Shown: positions 9,269 to 19,175, numbered from the stretch's first letter. The stretch is 64,000 nt of DNA from Candidatus Woesearchaeota archaeon (GCA_047602755.1 JBLKOM010000004.1:27305-91304), one strand, 5' to 3'. Notes: generated by a model from the sequence alone, not told the origin. Numbers and translations: made by a program.

Positions 9269-9635
9269 TAATTCACCTCAAAAAATCTATTAAAATAATC
9301 GTTTATAAATATTTTTAATAAATTTTAACTTAATAGGAACAAAAAATCCTAAAAAAATTAAATAGAATACAAATCAATAACCTTTATTAATAAACCTAAA
9401 TCGGCCATATATTATGGGTGAAATTTACAGTAACTATCCTGTTCGTAAAATAGTAGTAGAATTCAAACAAGGAGAAATACTTGCGAATGGAAGAAAGTAT
9501 AGAGATATAGATGAATTAATCACATGGATCAAAGATTGTGAAAAAGTTCATAGAAATCCTTTCTTTGGTAATGCACATTAAATAAAATTAAATATCTCTT
9601 ATACTATTATTAAATCCAGTACATAATTTAAAAAC

Positions 9636-9845
9636 TTATTTTCTAAAAATTTTAAAAATGAGAAGAGTTGTTAATAATACAAAAGCAATAACAAAATACA
9701 AGATATATTCAATAACAAAATTACTAAAATATGCACCTAAAATTATTCCAAATATTGCAGAAGCCCATTTTAATACTGCAAAATCTAACATTGAGAATTT
9801 TTTCATATTTTTTTCAACAAGATTTGTAAATTTAGTTAAAGACAT
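9636..9845 (-). CDS. small hypothetical membrane protein
   Basis: 69 aa with two hydrophobic helices. I preferred it over the overlapping + strand ORF 9658-9858, which lacks protein-like features. Confidence 0.35.
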   Translation of the reverse strand: MSLTKFTNLVEKNMKKFSMLDFAVLKWASAIFGIILGAYFSNFVIEYILYFVIAFVLLTTLLIFKIFRK

Positions 9846-9934
9846 ATTATATATATAATATGATAGTATATAAAACTTTAGATATTAGATTAAAACGATG
9901 AATAATATAATAAAAATAATGCATCAATAAAAAA

Positions 9935-10207
9935 TTACAGTTCAAACTCATCTATAAAACCACGTATTTCACTATATCTTGCAATATAATCAAATCCTTT
10001 ATCTGTCAAAGAGATATATTTTTTTTTCTTTTTATCAAAATTTTCTCTAATAAAATCTTTATCAAGAAGTTCTTTGTAATAATCAGAAAAACTTTGCGAA
10101 GAAATATTTGTATATCTCAGCAAAGGTGTTGCCTTTATAGAATTATTATTATCCTGTATTATCTTAAGAATTGAATATATAATTTCAAGACGATCTCTTT
10201 TTACCAT
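9935..10207 (-). CDS. winged-helix DNA-binding protein (archaeal COG3432-like regulator)
   Basis: 90 aa. The RDRLEIIYSILKII...ATPLLRYTNISSQSFSDYYKELLDKDFI...YISLTDKGFDY layout matches small archaeal wHTH regulators. Confidence 0.65.
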   Translation of the reverse strand: MVKRDRLEIIYSILKIIQDNNNSIKATPLLRYTNISSQSFSDYYKELLDKDFIRENFDKKKKKYISLTDKGFDYIARYSEIRGFIDEFEL

Positions 10208-10919
10208 CTGGTAACCTCTTCAAAACTCTAACATATATAGAGAAAAATATCACTACTGAAATAAAATATAAAGGAATTCGAAATATACCACCCAAATTTA
10301 ATCCTATGAAAAAAGTATTCACGACCCAGAATAAAAAAAGCAGACCATAAGTTATTTTATTGGTAGATATTTGATTCTTCTTAGATATCACTAATACAAC
10401 AGCAACTATGAATAAAAGCAATTGAATAAACACTAAAAACTGTTGTGATTGTGTAAAAAATATGAATATAGATAGTATTATCGAAACAACATGAAGAAAG
10501 ATTTCTTTAACTTTATGATTCTTCAAAGCTGCCATTATCATAGAAAGTATTGCCATAGTGCTCGTATAAGATATAAGCAATAAAGCTATAGGTGTAAGTA
10601 AAGAAAAACTAATTCCTTCTGACCTAAGATAAATAGCAATAGCAATATAAATAATTCTAAAAGCATAAGCTAAAGCAAAATATAAAAAAATATTTCTAAA
10701 ATGATAAATACCTTTATGCTTAGAAAGCTTATAAATTTCTTTTGTCATAAAATAAATTAATATACAAAGCCCAAAGATAATCAGAAAATAAACTAATTCA
10801 GTCATTAATAGCTCCCAATAATGCTTTTGAAATCTCATAGGAACTCTCATATTAAAGAATATACTCAATTTGTATTTATAAATAATATGGACTAATGATG
10901 TACATTTATTGTTATTCAT
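10185..10919 (-). CDS. polytopic membrane protein (about 7 TM), unknown function
   Basis: 244 aa and strongly hydrophobic. Its 3' end overlaps the wHTH gene start by 23 nt. Confidence 0.5.
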   Translation of the reverse strand: MNNNKCTSLVHIIYKYKLSIFFNMRVPMRFQKHYWELLMTELVYFLIIFGLCILIYFMTKEIYKLSKHKGIYHFRNIFLYFALAYAFRIIYIAIAIYLRSEGISFSLLTPIALLLISYTSTMAILSMIMAALKNHKVKEIFLHVVSIILSIFIFFTQSQQFLVFIQLLLFIVAVVLVISKKNQISTNKITYGLLFLFWVVNTFFIGLNLGGIFRIPLYFISVVIFFSIYVRVLKRLPDGKKRSS

Positions 10920-10978
10920 GTTTAAATACTAATGAGAGATAAACACATTAGCCAATTAAAAAACGGCGGAGGAATAAA

Positions 10979-11404
10979 ATGAAAAAAATAATATTTGTGA
11001 TGCTTGCAATTATGGCAATAGGAATTATCGCAGTTAGTGCAAGTACGTTACAAAGTAAAAACAGAGTAATGAATGAAGAAATGAAATATGCAATTGAAGC
11101 AAATGATTATGATGCATGGTTTAATGCAAGACCTGATAATCCTAATTGCAATAATGCAGTAACTCAAGAAAATTGGGAAACCTTTGTAGCAATGCATAAT
11201 GCAAAACAAGCTGGTGATATAGAAACAGTAAAAGAACTTGCAGAAGAATTAGGACTTTCACCAAGAATGCAACATAAAAAAATAAGAAATAATTATGAAT
11301 TTAGAAATGGCATGGGTAAAGAAACATGCGAAAACCCTGGAACCTGTGAATTAAGACAACAAAAAACAATGCAAAATATCCAAAGAAGAGGAATGCATAG
11401 ATAA
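10979..11404 (+). CDS. secreted hypothetical protein
   Basis: 141 aa with an N-terminal signal peptide. A GGAGG Shine-Dalgarno sequence lies upstream (cggaggaataaaATG). Confidence 0.45.
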   Translation: MKKIIFVMLAIMAIGIIAVSASTLQSKNRVMNEEMKYAIEANDYDAWFNARPDNPNCNNAVTQENWETFVAMHNAKQAGDIETVKELAEELGLSPRMQHKKIRNNYEFRNGMGKETCENPGTCELRQQKTMQNIQRRGMHR

Positions 11405-11564
11405 ACCTAATAAGTCATAAAACAAGATTTTTTGAGAAATAATTTTTACTTTTTTACTTTTTTATAATAAATTATATAATAATATAAAAAGATGCAATAA
11501 TTCTAAAAATGCTATATATAAATTAGCAAAAACTTTTATAAAATAAATAATTAAATCTAAGATA

Positions 11565-11804
11565 ATGAAAAATAAAAAACCAATCATTGGATTAATTTTT
11601 GGGATTCTTAGTTTAATAACATGGTTATTACCTATTATTGGATTACCTGTTGCAATAACTGGAATAGTATTTGGAGTAAAAGGAATAAAAAAGAATAATA
11701 AATATGCAATGTTAACATTAATATTATCAATAATAGGATTAGTTCTTACAGTTATAAATGCTTCAATTGGTGCTTATTTAGGTGCAACAGGTCAAATATT
11801 TTAA
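11565..11804 (+). CDS. small membrane protein (DUF4190-like)
   Basis: 79 aa with two Gly-rich TM helices, in a GLIFGILSL...GIVFGVKGIKK pattern. Confidence 0.45.
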   Translation: MKNKKPIIGLIFGILSLITWLLPIIGLPVAITGIVFGVKGIKKNNKYAMLTLILSIIGLVLTVINASIGAYLGATGQIF

Positions 11805-11907
11805 TAAAATATTAAAGTGATTTATATTAAATTGTTTAACAAACTAAATTACTTATCAATAGACATTTATACTAAAAAGATTTAAACTAGCATAATATTC
11901 TAAACAT

Positions 11908-13512
11908 ATGAATCAGGAAAAATCAAAAGATATTGAACCTATTGAAGATAAATATACAGATCCTTCAATTAATATTGCACTTGATACTATAAAAAAGAAT
12001 AAACAAGCTATTTTTTTTGTAAATACTAAACCCTCTGCAGAGAAATTAGCAGAGGAAATATCTAAAAAAATAAAAGATGTAAATCTAGAAGACCTTTCTG
12101 AATCAATACTTAAAGCATTACCAAAACCAACATATCAATGCAAAAGACTTTCAACAACAGTTCTCAAAGGAATAGCATTTCATCATTCTGGATTAACATC
12201 AAAACAAAGAGATATTATTGAAGATAATTTCAAACAAGGTAAAATTAAAATAATATGCGCAACACCAACATTAGCAGCAGGTGTTGATATGCCAGCATTT
12301 AGATCTGTTGTAAGAGACCTAAAAAGATACGGAGGACAATGGGGCATGATGGATATTCCTGTTTTAGAATACCAACAAATGGCAGGCAGAGCTGGAAGAC
12401 CTAGTTTTGATCCATGGGGAGAAGCAATAACCATTGCAAAATCTGAATCTGATAAAGATGAAATTTATCATAAATATATTACTGCTGATTCTGAAAATAT
12501 TTATAGTAAATTAGCTGTTGAACCTGTACTAAGAACTTACTTGCTTAGTCTCATTGCTTCAGGATTTGTAAAAACAAGAAAAGAAATTATAGAATTTTTC
12601 TCAAAAACATTTTGGGCATACCAATACAAAGATATGTATAAACTTGAAATGATAATTGACAGGATGCTTGAGTTATTAACAGAGTGGGAATTCATAAGAG
12701 AGAATAATAATGATATAACAACACAAACTAATGATGATTTTATATCAGCTAATGAAATTTCTAACAATAAAGAATCAAAATATAGGCCAACATTAATCGG
12801 AAAACGAGTTGCAGAATTATATCTTGACCCATATACAGCACATTTACTAATAACTGCAATGAATAATTCATTAAACAAAAAAACAATATTATTCTCAATA
12901 CTTCATATGGTATGCAGTACACTTGAAATGCGACCTTTACTTAGAGTAAGAACAAAAGAATGGGAATTTATTGAAGACGCACTTGCAAGATATGAAGATT
13001 ATTTACTTTTTGTTGAACCTGAACAATATGATTTAGATTATGATGATTTTATGAATGGAATAAAAACTGCAATGTTCATGCAAGAATGGTGTGATGAAAT
13101 GGATGAAGAATATCTTCTTGAAAAATATAATATAAGACCAGGAGAAATTAGAGCAAAATTAGATATTGCAGATTGGTTAATATATTCTTCATCAGAAATA
13201 GCTAAAATATTATCATTAAATGAATTTAATAAAGGATTAAATATAGCAAGAACAAGATTAAAATTTGGAGCAAAAGAAGAATTAATACCATTATTAAGAT
13301 TAAAAAATATTGGAAGAGTAAGAGCAAGAAAAATGTATAATGCTGGTCTTAAAACAGTTGGTGATTTAAGAAAAGTAGATATAACTACCCTCACACAATT
13401 AATAGGACAGAAAACAGCAAAATCACTTAAAGAAGAACTTGGACAAGAAATAGAATCAAAAACAGGAAGAGAAAGAAAAGGACAAGTTGGTATTAACAAA
13501 TATACAAAATAA
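11908..13512 (+). CDS. Hel308/Ski2-type helicase lacking the N-terminal RecA1 (DEAD/DEAH) domain
   Basis: 534 aa. The protein begins at the RecA2 domain (QAIFFVNTKPSAEKLA). It carries helicase motifs V (ATPTLAAGVDMPAF) and VI (QMAGRAGRP), followed by winged-helix/ratchet regions and a C-terminal HhH (LKNIGRVRARKMYNAGLKTVGDL). Walker A and DEAH motifs are absent. Confidence 0.8.
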   Translation: MNQEKSKDIEPIEDKYTDPSINIALDTIKKNKQAIFFVNTKPSAEKLAEEISKKIKDVNLEDLSESILKALPKPTYQCKRLSTTVLKGIAFHHSGLTSKQRDIIEDNFKQGKIKIICATPTLAAGVDMPAFRSVVRDLKRYGGQWGMMDIPVLEYQQMAGRAGRPSFDPWGEAITIAKSESDKDEIYHKYITADSENIYSKLAVEPVLRTYLLSLIASGFVKTRKEIIEFFSKTFWAYQYKDMYKLEMIIDRMLELLTEWEFIRENNNDITTQTNDDFISANEISNNKESKYRPTLIGKRVAELYLDPYTAHLLITAMNNSLNKKTILFSILHMVCSTLEMRPLLRVRTKEWEFIEDALARYEDYLLFVEPEQYDLDYDDFMNGIKTAMFMQEWCDEMDEEYLLEKYNIRPGEIRAKLDIADWLIYSSSEIAKILSLNEFNKGLNIARTRLKFGAKEELIPLLRLKNIGRVRARKMYNAGLKTVGDLRKVDITTLTQLIGQKTAKSLKEELGQEIESKTGRERKGQVGINKYTK

Positions 13513-13626
13513 AATAAGTTAATTATAAATTATTTAAATAAATATTTTAAACAAAATATTAATCTAAGTATCCTTAACATAATAATTATTAGTAAATATT
13601 ATAAATAAACTTATTACCCAACAAAC

Positions 13627-14805
13627 ATGGTTAATTTTTTAGAAGTCTTTTTAAAAAAAGTAGCAAAATATCAATATAAATATTATTTAGCAATATTCAT
13701 TTTCGTATTCTTATTTACAGCATTTATGGTAATAGGAGTTTCTAAAGTAGAATTTCAAGGTGATATGTCTGAGGACAATCCAACAGACTTAGAGATTTAT
13801 CAATTCAATGAAAAAGTAAGTGAAAGATTTGGTGGCCAAGATAATATTTTAATATTAATTACATTAGATGATTCTTTTAATTTTAAAGATTTACCAAAAG
13901 ACATCCGTAATTATGAAATAATAAGATACATATATAATTTAGAGAAATCATTATCAATTGAATCATCGATAAATTCTGTTTTAAGTGTTGGAACATATTT
14001 TAATTCTAGTGACATAACACAAGAAATAGTTGATGAAACTTTAGGAGATAATCCCTTATCAAATCAATTTTTTGGAAGAGATTATACTTCATCATATTTA
14101 ATAATAACAACTGATATAGGTGGCGGTGAAAGACGTATAAATGAAATAACTAATCTTGTATCAGATAAACTTGAAAGTTTTTCTCAACCTCCTGGAACAA
14201 AAATAGCAATTACCGGAAACCCACCAGTTGAAGTAACAATAACAAGATTATTAATTGAAGACGCAATATATACAATATTACTTGCATGCATATTTATTTT
14301 TATTTTCTTGTTAATAGTTGAAGGCGGTTTAATTAGATCTATTGTTATATTTATACCATTATTAATTGGACTAACTTGGACCATTGGAACAATGGGATGG
14401 CTTGGTATAAAAATATCAATGGTAACAGCTGGACTAGGAGCAATGTTACTTGGTTTAGGAGTTGAATATGGTGTATTTATGCTTAAACGTTATGAAGAAG
14501 AAAGATACAAAGGCAAACCTATAGATGAATCTTTATCAATCTCAGTTCCAAGTGTTGGCTCTGCAATTATAGGGAGTGGTTTTACAACAACTGTAGGATT
14601 TGCAGCATTAATGTTTTCAATCCTCCCAATGCTATCTAAATTAGGCATGAGTCTTGCAATTGGAATTATGTTTACATTCATTTCAGCTGTATTTGTATCA
14701 CCTATTGCATTTATTATAACAGAAAAAATGATTAAATATTTTGATAAAAAATTATTCTTTATTTTCAAACGTCATATAGAAAGCAAGAGGAATGATTTAA
14801 TATGA
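13627..14805 (+). CDS. RND/MMPL-superfamily exporter, N-terminal half (COG1033-like)
   Basis: 392 aa. The layout is TM1, a ~190-aa extracytoplasmic domain, then 5 clustered TM helices (sterol-sensing-like block). Confidence 0.7.
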   Translation: MVNFLEVFLKKVAKYQYKYYLAIFIFVFLFTAFMVIGVSKVEFQGDMSEDNPTDLEIYQFNEKVSERFGGQDNILILITLDDSFNFKDLPKDIRNYEIIRYIYNLEKSLSIESSINSVLSVGTYFNSSDITQEIVDETLGDNPLSNQFFGRDYTSSYLIITTDIGGGERRINEITNLVSDKLESFSQPPGTKIAITGNPPVEVTITRLLIEDAIYTILLACIFIFIFLLIVEGGLIRSIVIFIPLLIGLTWTIGTMGWLGIKISMVTAGLGAMLLGLGVEYGVFMLKRYEEERYKGKPIDESLSISVPSVGSAIIGSGFTTTVGFAALMFSILPMLSKLGMSLAIGIMFTFISAVFVSPIAFIITEKMIKYFDKKLFFIFKRHIESKRNDLI

Positions 14806-15968
14806 GTAAATTAACAGATTATGCAGATAAAATAGTTGAAAAATATGCTAATTTTTTAACTAAGAATCCATTTATAATATTTGGGATTACATTCTTATTT
14901 ATCATATCTGCATTATATTTTGCAGGTAATGTACAACAATCAACTTTTGAACCACAAGATTCAATTCCTGATGACATCCCAGTAATAGCTGCATTTCAAA
15001 GATTCAGTGATGATTTTGGAAGTATTACATCTGTTATGATAGTTTTAGAGATTGAACCTGAAAACATACAATCAAATGAATTAAGAGATATTAGAGATAT
15101 AGCTGTAATAGATTATTTCTCACTAATAAAACAAGAATTAAGTAGAAGTCGTAATATTGAAAGTATCGACACTCCAAATGATTATTTAGCATATATAGGA
15201 AACCCACGTTCCTCTCAAGAATTACAAAATGCTATCAATGATAATCCTGCTTTTTGGAGGTTTTTTTCAAATGATGCTAATATGGCAAGAATCATAATAA
15301 ACCTTTATGATAATTATGACCAAGATGAATTAATAAAAGAATTAGAAGATGCAATATCATTCACACCTAAAATACCTGGAGTAACAAAAAACATTGCAGG
15401 TAATGTAATAGCACAAACCTTAGTTATGAGAGAGATTGGACCTGATATGGCAAAAACTTCAAACATTTCACTAGCCGGAATAATAATAATTTTAATAATT
15501 ATATTTGGTTCAATAAAATACGCATTCTTACCATTAACGACTATTATCATTGGTGTTTTATGGACATTTGGTTTTCTTGGATTTATCGGAACTAGTATCA
15601 ACTCTGCAACATCTGGAGTACTAAGTATGATTATTGGAATAGGTATTGATTTTGGTATTCAGATTATATCAAGATATAGACAAGAATTAAGAAAAAAGAA
15701 AACAATTGAAAATGCAATGAATATTAGCTTAAATAAAACTATTTTTCCGATGTTTATAACAACAATCGCTGCAATTATAGGATTCACATCAATGAGTCTA
15801 GGACAATTAACAGTACTAAAAGAAATAGGAGACATGATGACATATGGAGTTATCTTTTGCTATTTAGCTGCAATAACTTTTGTACCATCTATAATCCTAA
15901 TTATAGAATATATATTAAATGGATATAAAAATACATTAAATATATATAGAAGTAATAGGTCAAAATGA
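14802..15968 (+). CDS. RND/MMPL-superfamily exporter, C-terminal half (COG1033-like)
   Basis: 388 aa with the same 1+5 TM architecture as the upstream gene. Its start overlaps the upstream stop by 4 nt (ATGA). Confidence 0.7.
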   Translation: MSKLTDYADKIVEKYANFLTKNPFIIFGITFLFIISALYFAGNVQQSTFEPQDSIPDDIPVIAAFQRFSDDFGSITSVMIVLEIEPENIQSNELRDIRDIAVIDYFSLIKQELSRSRNIESIDTPNDYLAYIGNPRSSQELQNAINDNPAFWRFFSNDANMARIIINLYDNYDQDELIKELEDAISFTPKIPGVTKNIAGNVIAQTLVMREIGPDMAKTSNISLAGIIIILIIIFGSIKYAFLPLTTIIIGVLWTFGFLGFIGTSINSATSGVLSMIIGIGIDFGIQIISRYRQELRKKKTIENAMNISLNKTIFPMFITTIAAIIGFTSMSLGQLTVLKEIGDMMTYGVIFCYLAAITFVPSIILIIEYILNGYKNTLNIYRSNRSK

Positions 15969-17230
15969 TTATGAAGCAGAAATTTAAGTATTTATTTATA
16001 GTAATAATTGTATTAATTAGTTTATTAATAAACATAGTACATGCATTTAATTCAAATGATTTTCATTTAGATATTGTTTTACTTAATCAAGACCCTGATC
16101 CAGCTGAACCTGGTAAATATGTAGAATTAAGATGGAAAGTTAGTAAATTTGGGAATGCAGAAATTAATAATTTAGAGTTTATTCTAGAACCCAATTATCC
16201 TTTTAGTTTTGATGCAAGTGATACTCCTATAAAAAGAGTTGGATCTTGGTGGGGAACAAATTTAAACAATGAATATTATACCCTTTACTATAAATTATAT
16301 GTAGATGAAAATGCTGTTAAAGGAACATATGATCTTAATTTAGGTTACAGAATAAATGGTGGACAAATAATAAGATATAAAGATAGATTTAATATTCGTG
16401 TAGATGAATCAAATGTTCCTGTTCTAACCAGAGGAAATATAATCACATCACCTGCTAGATTATTACCTGATTCAGATGAAAATAAAATTGAAATACAGAT
16501 TAATAATGTTGGTCAAGGTGATGCACAAAATGTACATGTTAAGTTAGATATGCCTCAAGGATTCTCTTCTACATACAGTTATTCAGATGAAGCATTTTTA
16601 GGAAATATTAAATCATCAGATGATGCAAATGCTATTTTCTATATTGATATTGACAGAACAATTAAATCTGAGCATTATAATGCAAATATAAAATTAACAT
16701 ATAGTGAAACAAATAGTAATAAAATACTTTCAAAAACAATCCCAATTGTCTTAGATATAAAAAATAAACCAACATTCTCAATTGAAGGAATCCAATTTAA
16801 TGAAAATAATATAAAACCTGGTGACAAAGTTAACTTATTAATAGCAATAAAAAATATTGGAAATAAAAAAGCAGAAAATGTTGCAATTAGAGCATTTAGA
16901 GATTCATCACAACCATTTGATTTTGATGAAAGATCAGATTTTATTGGGACATTAGAACCTAATGCATTAGGCCAAGGAATAATTATAATTGACGTTGATA
17001 ATAACGCAGAACCAAAATCATACATATTAGATCTAGAAATAAGAAGCATTGAGAATGGTATTGTATATATCCAAGAAGAAACAATTATAATCAATGTAAA
17101 TGAACCAGATAAAAGAAACATAATACCAATTATCCTAATAATATTTTTAGTTTTAATAATATTAGCAGTTACATTCTTTTTAGGGGTAAATTACGCAAAT
17201 AAAAATAAAAATCAGAAAAATAAAAAATAA
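15965..17230 (+). CDS. CARDB/COG1361-like surface protein with C-terminal TM anchor
   Basis: 421 aa with an N-terminal signal. It has repeated beta-sandwich modules with the LLNQDPDPAEPGKYVELRWKV..G and IQINNVGQGDAQNV / IAIKNIGNKKAENV motifs typical of CARDB/S-layer-like domains. It overlaps the exporter gene by 4 nt. Confidence 0.6.
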   Translation: MIMKQKFKYLFIVIIVLISLLINIVHAFNSNDFHLDIVLLNQDPDPAEPGKYVELRWKVSKFGNAEINNLEFILEPNYPFSFDASDTPIKRVGSWWGTNLNNEYYTLYYKLYVDENAVKGTYDLNLGYRINGGQIIRYKDRFNIRVDESNVPVLTRGNIITSPARLLPDSDENKIEIQINNVGQGDAQNVHVKLDMPQGFSSTYSYSDEAFLGNIKSSDDANAIFYIDIDRTIKSEHYNANIKLTYSETNSNKILSKTIPIVLDIKNKPTFSIEGIQFNENNIKPGDKVNLLIAIKNIGNKKAENVAIRAFRDSSQPFDFDERSDFIGTLEPNALGQGIIIIDVDNNAEPKSYILDLEIRSIENGIVYIQEETIIINVNEPDKRNIIPIILIIFLVLIILAVTFFLGVNYANKNKNQKNKK

Positions 17231-17332
17231 TTTTAATTTATTTATCAAATAATAATTCTAGCTCTAATATAATAAAAATTAGAAATATATATATAATACT
17301 AATTCTAAACATATAAATGGGGTGAATTATTT

Positions 17333-17680
17333 ATGGCTAAAAAAACAAAAGGTATAGGTGGCTGGGCTTTCTTAATTGGATTGGTACTAGCAATTATAAT
17401 TGCAATAATCGGCGCAGATTCTGCACCATGGGCAATAACCACATTAGCAATTTTGGGTATTATTGTAGGATTATTCAATATAACAGGAAAAGAAATGGTA
17501 CCATTTATGATTGCAACATTAACATTTATTGTTACGTTCCAATCACTAAGCACAGTACTTGGTAAAATACCAGGAATTGGAGGATTTTTTGAAAATTTCT
17601 TTCAATTACTAATAGTATTTGTTGCACCTGCAGCAGCATTAGTAGCAATTAGTGCATTAATGATATTAACAAAAGAATAA
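17333..17680 (+). CDS. hypothetical membrane protein (about 4 TM)
   Basis: 115 aa, hydrophobic and Gly/Ala/Ile-rich. The antisense ORF 17305-17553 is judged spurious. Confidence 0.45.
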   Translation: MAKKTKGIGGWAFLIGLVLAIIIAIIGADSAPWAITTLAILGIIVGLFNITGKEMVPFMIATLTFIVTFQSLSTVLGKIPGIGGFFENFFQLLIVFVAPAAALVAISALMILTKE

Positions 17681-17862
17681 ATAAAATTAATATCTTATTT
17701 TTATTTTTTTTATTTTTGGAATTAAAGGAAACATCCAGGCTGTACCAATAGGCAAAGCTGCAATTATAAATACAAATATTTTAAGAATTCTAGAACTTAT
17801 TACAATTGAATTACCATACGTCTTAAGATGATAATTCCAATAAACATAGTCTGAATAATTTA

Positions 17863-18258
17863 TCATTTCATCAACTCCCTCCTTATCCATCTATAAATAA
17901 CATCTAAAACATAATTAACCTCAGAATCAGTTAAGTCATGCCTAGGTGGAATTCTATGCCAACGAAAAAGTGATTTTCGAGATGAACAAGCTGTTGCATG
18001 CATAGCAACAAATATTGGATTTCCTGAATAAGGAATAGAAGTCTCCAAAAGAATAGGATGATATAACTTTCTCATTACTACTTCATTTACCTGATCCATG
18101 ATTACATCTAAACCTATCATACGAATATTCTTTTTTTGAAATTCAGATAAACCAAAATTTCTTCTAAAACGACTTCTTTTTAACTGAACTAATGGATCTG
18201 AACACATAACTGAGTATAACATAATTATAAGAATAAAACAATGATTTAAATACCTCAC
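17863..18258 (-). CDS. DUF4186 family protein
   Basis: The sequence KRSRFRRNFGLSEF...GNPIFVAMHATACSSRKSLFRWHRIP...LTDSEVNYVLDVIYRWI matches the conserved DUF4186 core (hPvF.AqHATa.CCR.CL.kWH). The true start is probably an internal Met (about 18222 or 18207). Confidence 0.6.
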   Translation of the reverse strand: MRYLNHCFILIIMLYSVMCSDPLVQLKRSRFRRNFGLSEFQKKNIRMIGLDVIMDQVNEVVMRKLYHPILLETSIPYSGNPIFVAMHATACSSRKSLFRWHRIPPRHDLTDSEVNYVLDVIYRWIRRELMK

Positions 18259-18350
18259 ATTAAAATGTCCAATGCTAATGATACTTAAATAACAACAATT
18301 ACAAAAAAATAAAAAGAAAAATATATAAATGCTTATATTAGAATTTTGTT

Positions 18351-18674
18351 ATGACAAATAAAAAATGGAATGCTGAGTTAGAGCATTTCACATACAAAAA
18401 TCCGGTTATCAGTATTTGTCTATTTGCATTGACATTAATGGTAACAACAATATTAGTAAGTTATATAATTTTTTCAAACAATAATTATAGCACAGCACAA
18501 GTAATTCTAAAGATAGGCGGATATCTTGGAGCAGTACTATTACTTATTGGCTGGAAAAAAAGTTATGACATCACAAAAGGAAAAACTGATACTATCAAAA
18601 CAATGTATAGTATATCAAACCATATATTACTAATATTAACAATAGTTATAATAATTGCCATAACAGCAATTTAA
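18351..18674 (+). CDS. hypothetical membrane protein (3 TM)
   Basis: 107-aa hydrophobic ORF. Confidence 0.35.
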   Translation: MTNKKWNAELEHFTYKNPVISICLFALTLMVTTILVSYIIFSNNNYSTAQVILKIGGYLGAVLLLIGWKKSYDITKGKTDTIKTMYSISNHILLILTIVIIIAITAI

Positions 18675-18722
18675 TTTTTCTTTTTTATTTTTTAACTCAA
18701 CATTAATTAAAAAACATAGAAA

Positions 18723-19157
18723 ATGAAAATAGCTAATCCAGCAAATTTAATTATAATTAGAAACAATAAATTACTTCTAGCAAAAAGAAATGAAAAAGAG
18801 TGTAAATTTAATAATTATTGGTCAATTCCTGGTGGTGGATCTAATTATGATGAATCAATAGAAGAAACATTACATAGAGAAATAAAAGAAGAATTAGGAT
18901 GCAAAATAAAAAATTATACATACTTCAAATCTTATGTATTTCAACTAAATACTAAATTAGCTGTAAGAGCTTTTTATTTCTATGGTGATATAATTGGTAA
19001 AATAAAATTAAATGAAGAATTATCAGAATTTAAATGGTTTGAAATAAATGATAAAGAAATATTCAAAAACAAAATAGCATTCAATCAAAAACAAGTAATA
19101 AAAGATTTTATCAAATTTTGGAAAAATAAACATAAAAATCTAAAAATAAAATACTAA
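18723..19157 (+). CDS. NUDIX hydrolase
   Basis: A complete Nudix box is present: GGSNYDE-SIEETLH-REIKEELGC (Gx5Ex7REUxEExGU). Confidence 0.85.
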   Translation: MKIANPANLIIIRNNKLLLAKRNEKECKFNNYWSIPGGGSNYDESIEETLHREIKEELGCKIKNYTYFKSYVFQLNTKLAVRAFYFYGDIIGKIKLNEELSEFKWFEINDKEIFKNKIAFNQKQVIKDFIKFWKNKHKNLKIKY

Positions 19158-19175
19158 AAAATAGATATACAATAA

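Noticed and set aside
9414-9581. A 55-aa ORF, MGEIYSNYPVRKIVVEFKQGEILANGRKYRDIDELITWIKDCEKVHRNPFFGNAH, found by manual translation. It is below the ORF-track cutoff.
   Set aside because: The composition is protein-like, but I recognise no family and see no clear ribosome-binding site or promoter. I did not list it as a feature because the support is insufficient.
13627-15968. Interpreting the two 6-TM half-transporters as SecD/SecF.
   Set aside because: The extracytoplasmic domains lack the SecD/SecF hallmarks I would expect, for example an LGLDLxGG-type block. The two halves are of equal size, with MMPL/COG1033-like N-termini (F.GDM..DNP...E...F...FGG.D). An RND exporter split is the better fit.
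12183-17121. Antisense ORFs within the helicase, RND-exporter and CARDB genes: 12183-12434, 12537-12878, 13038-13499, 14184-14384, 14490-14768, 15314-15601 and 16675-17121.
   Set aside because: They lie opposite well-supported coding regions that carry recognisable motifs. Their products are Ile/Ser/Leu/Phe-rich strings typical of the reverse strand of AT-rich genes.
17687-17890. A 67-aa minus-strand ORF overlapping the 3' end of the DUF4186 gene by 28 nt.
   Set aside because: I see no recognisable family or ribosome-binding site, and the overlap is long. It could be a real small membrane protein, but the evidence is too weak to call.
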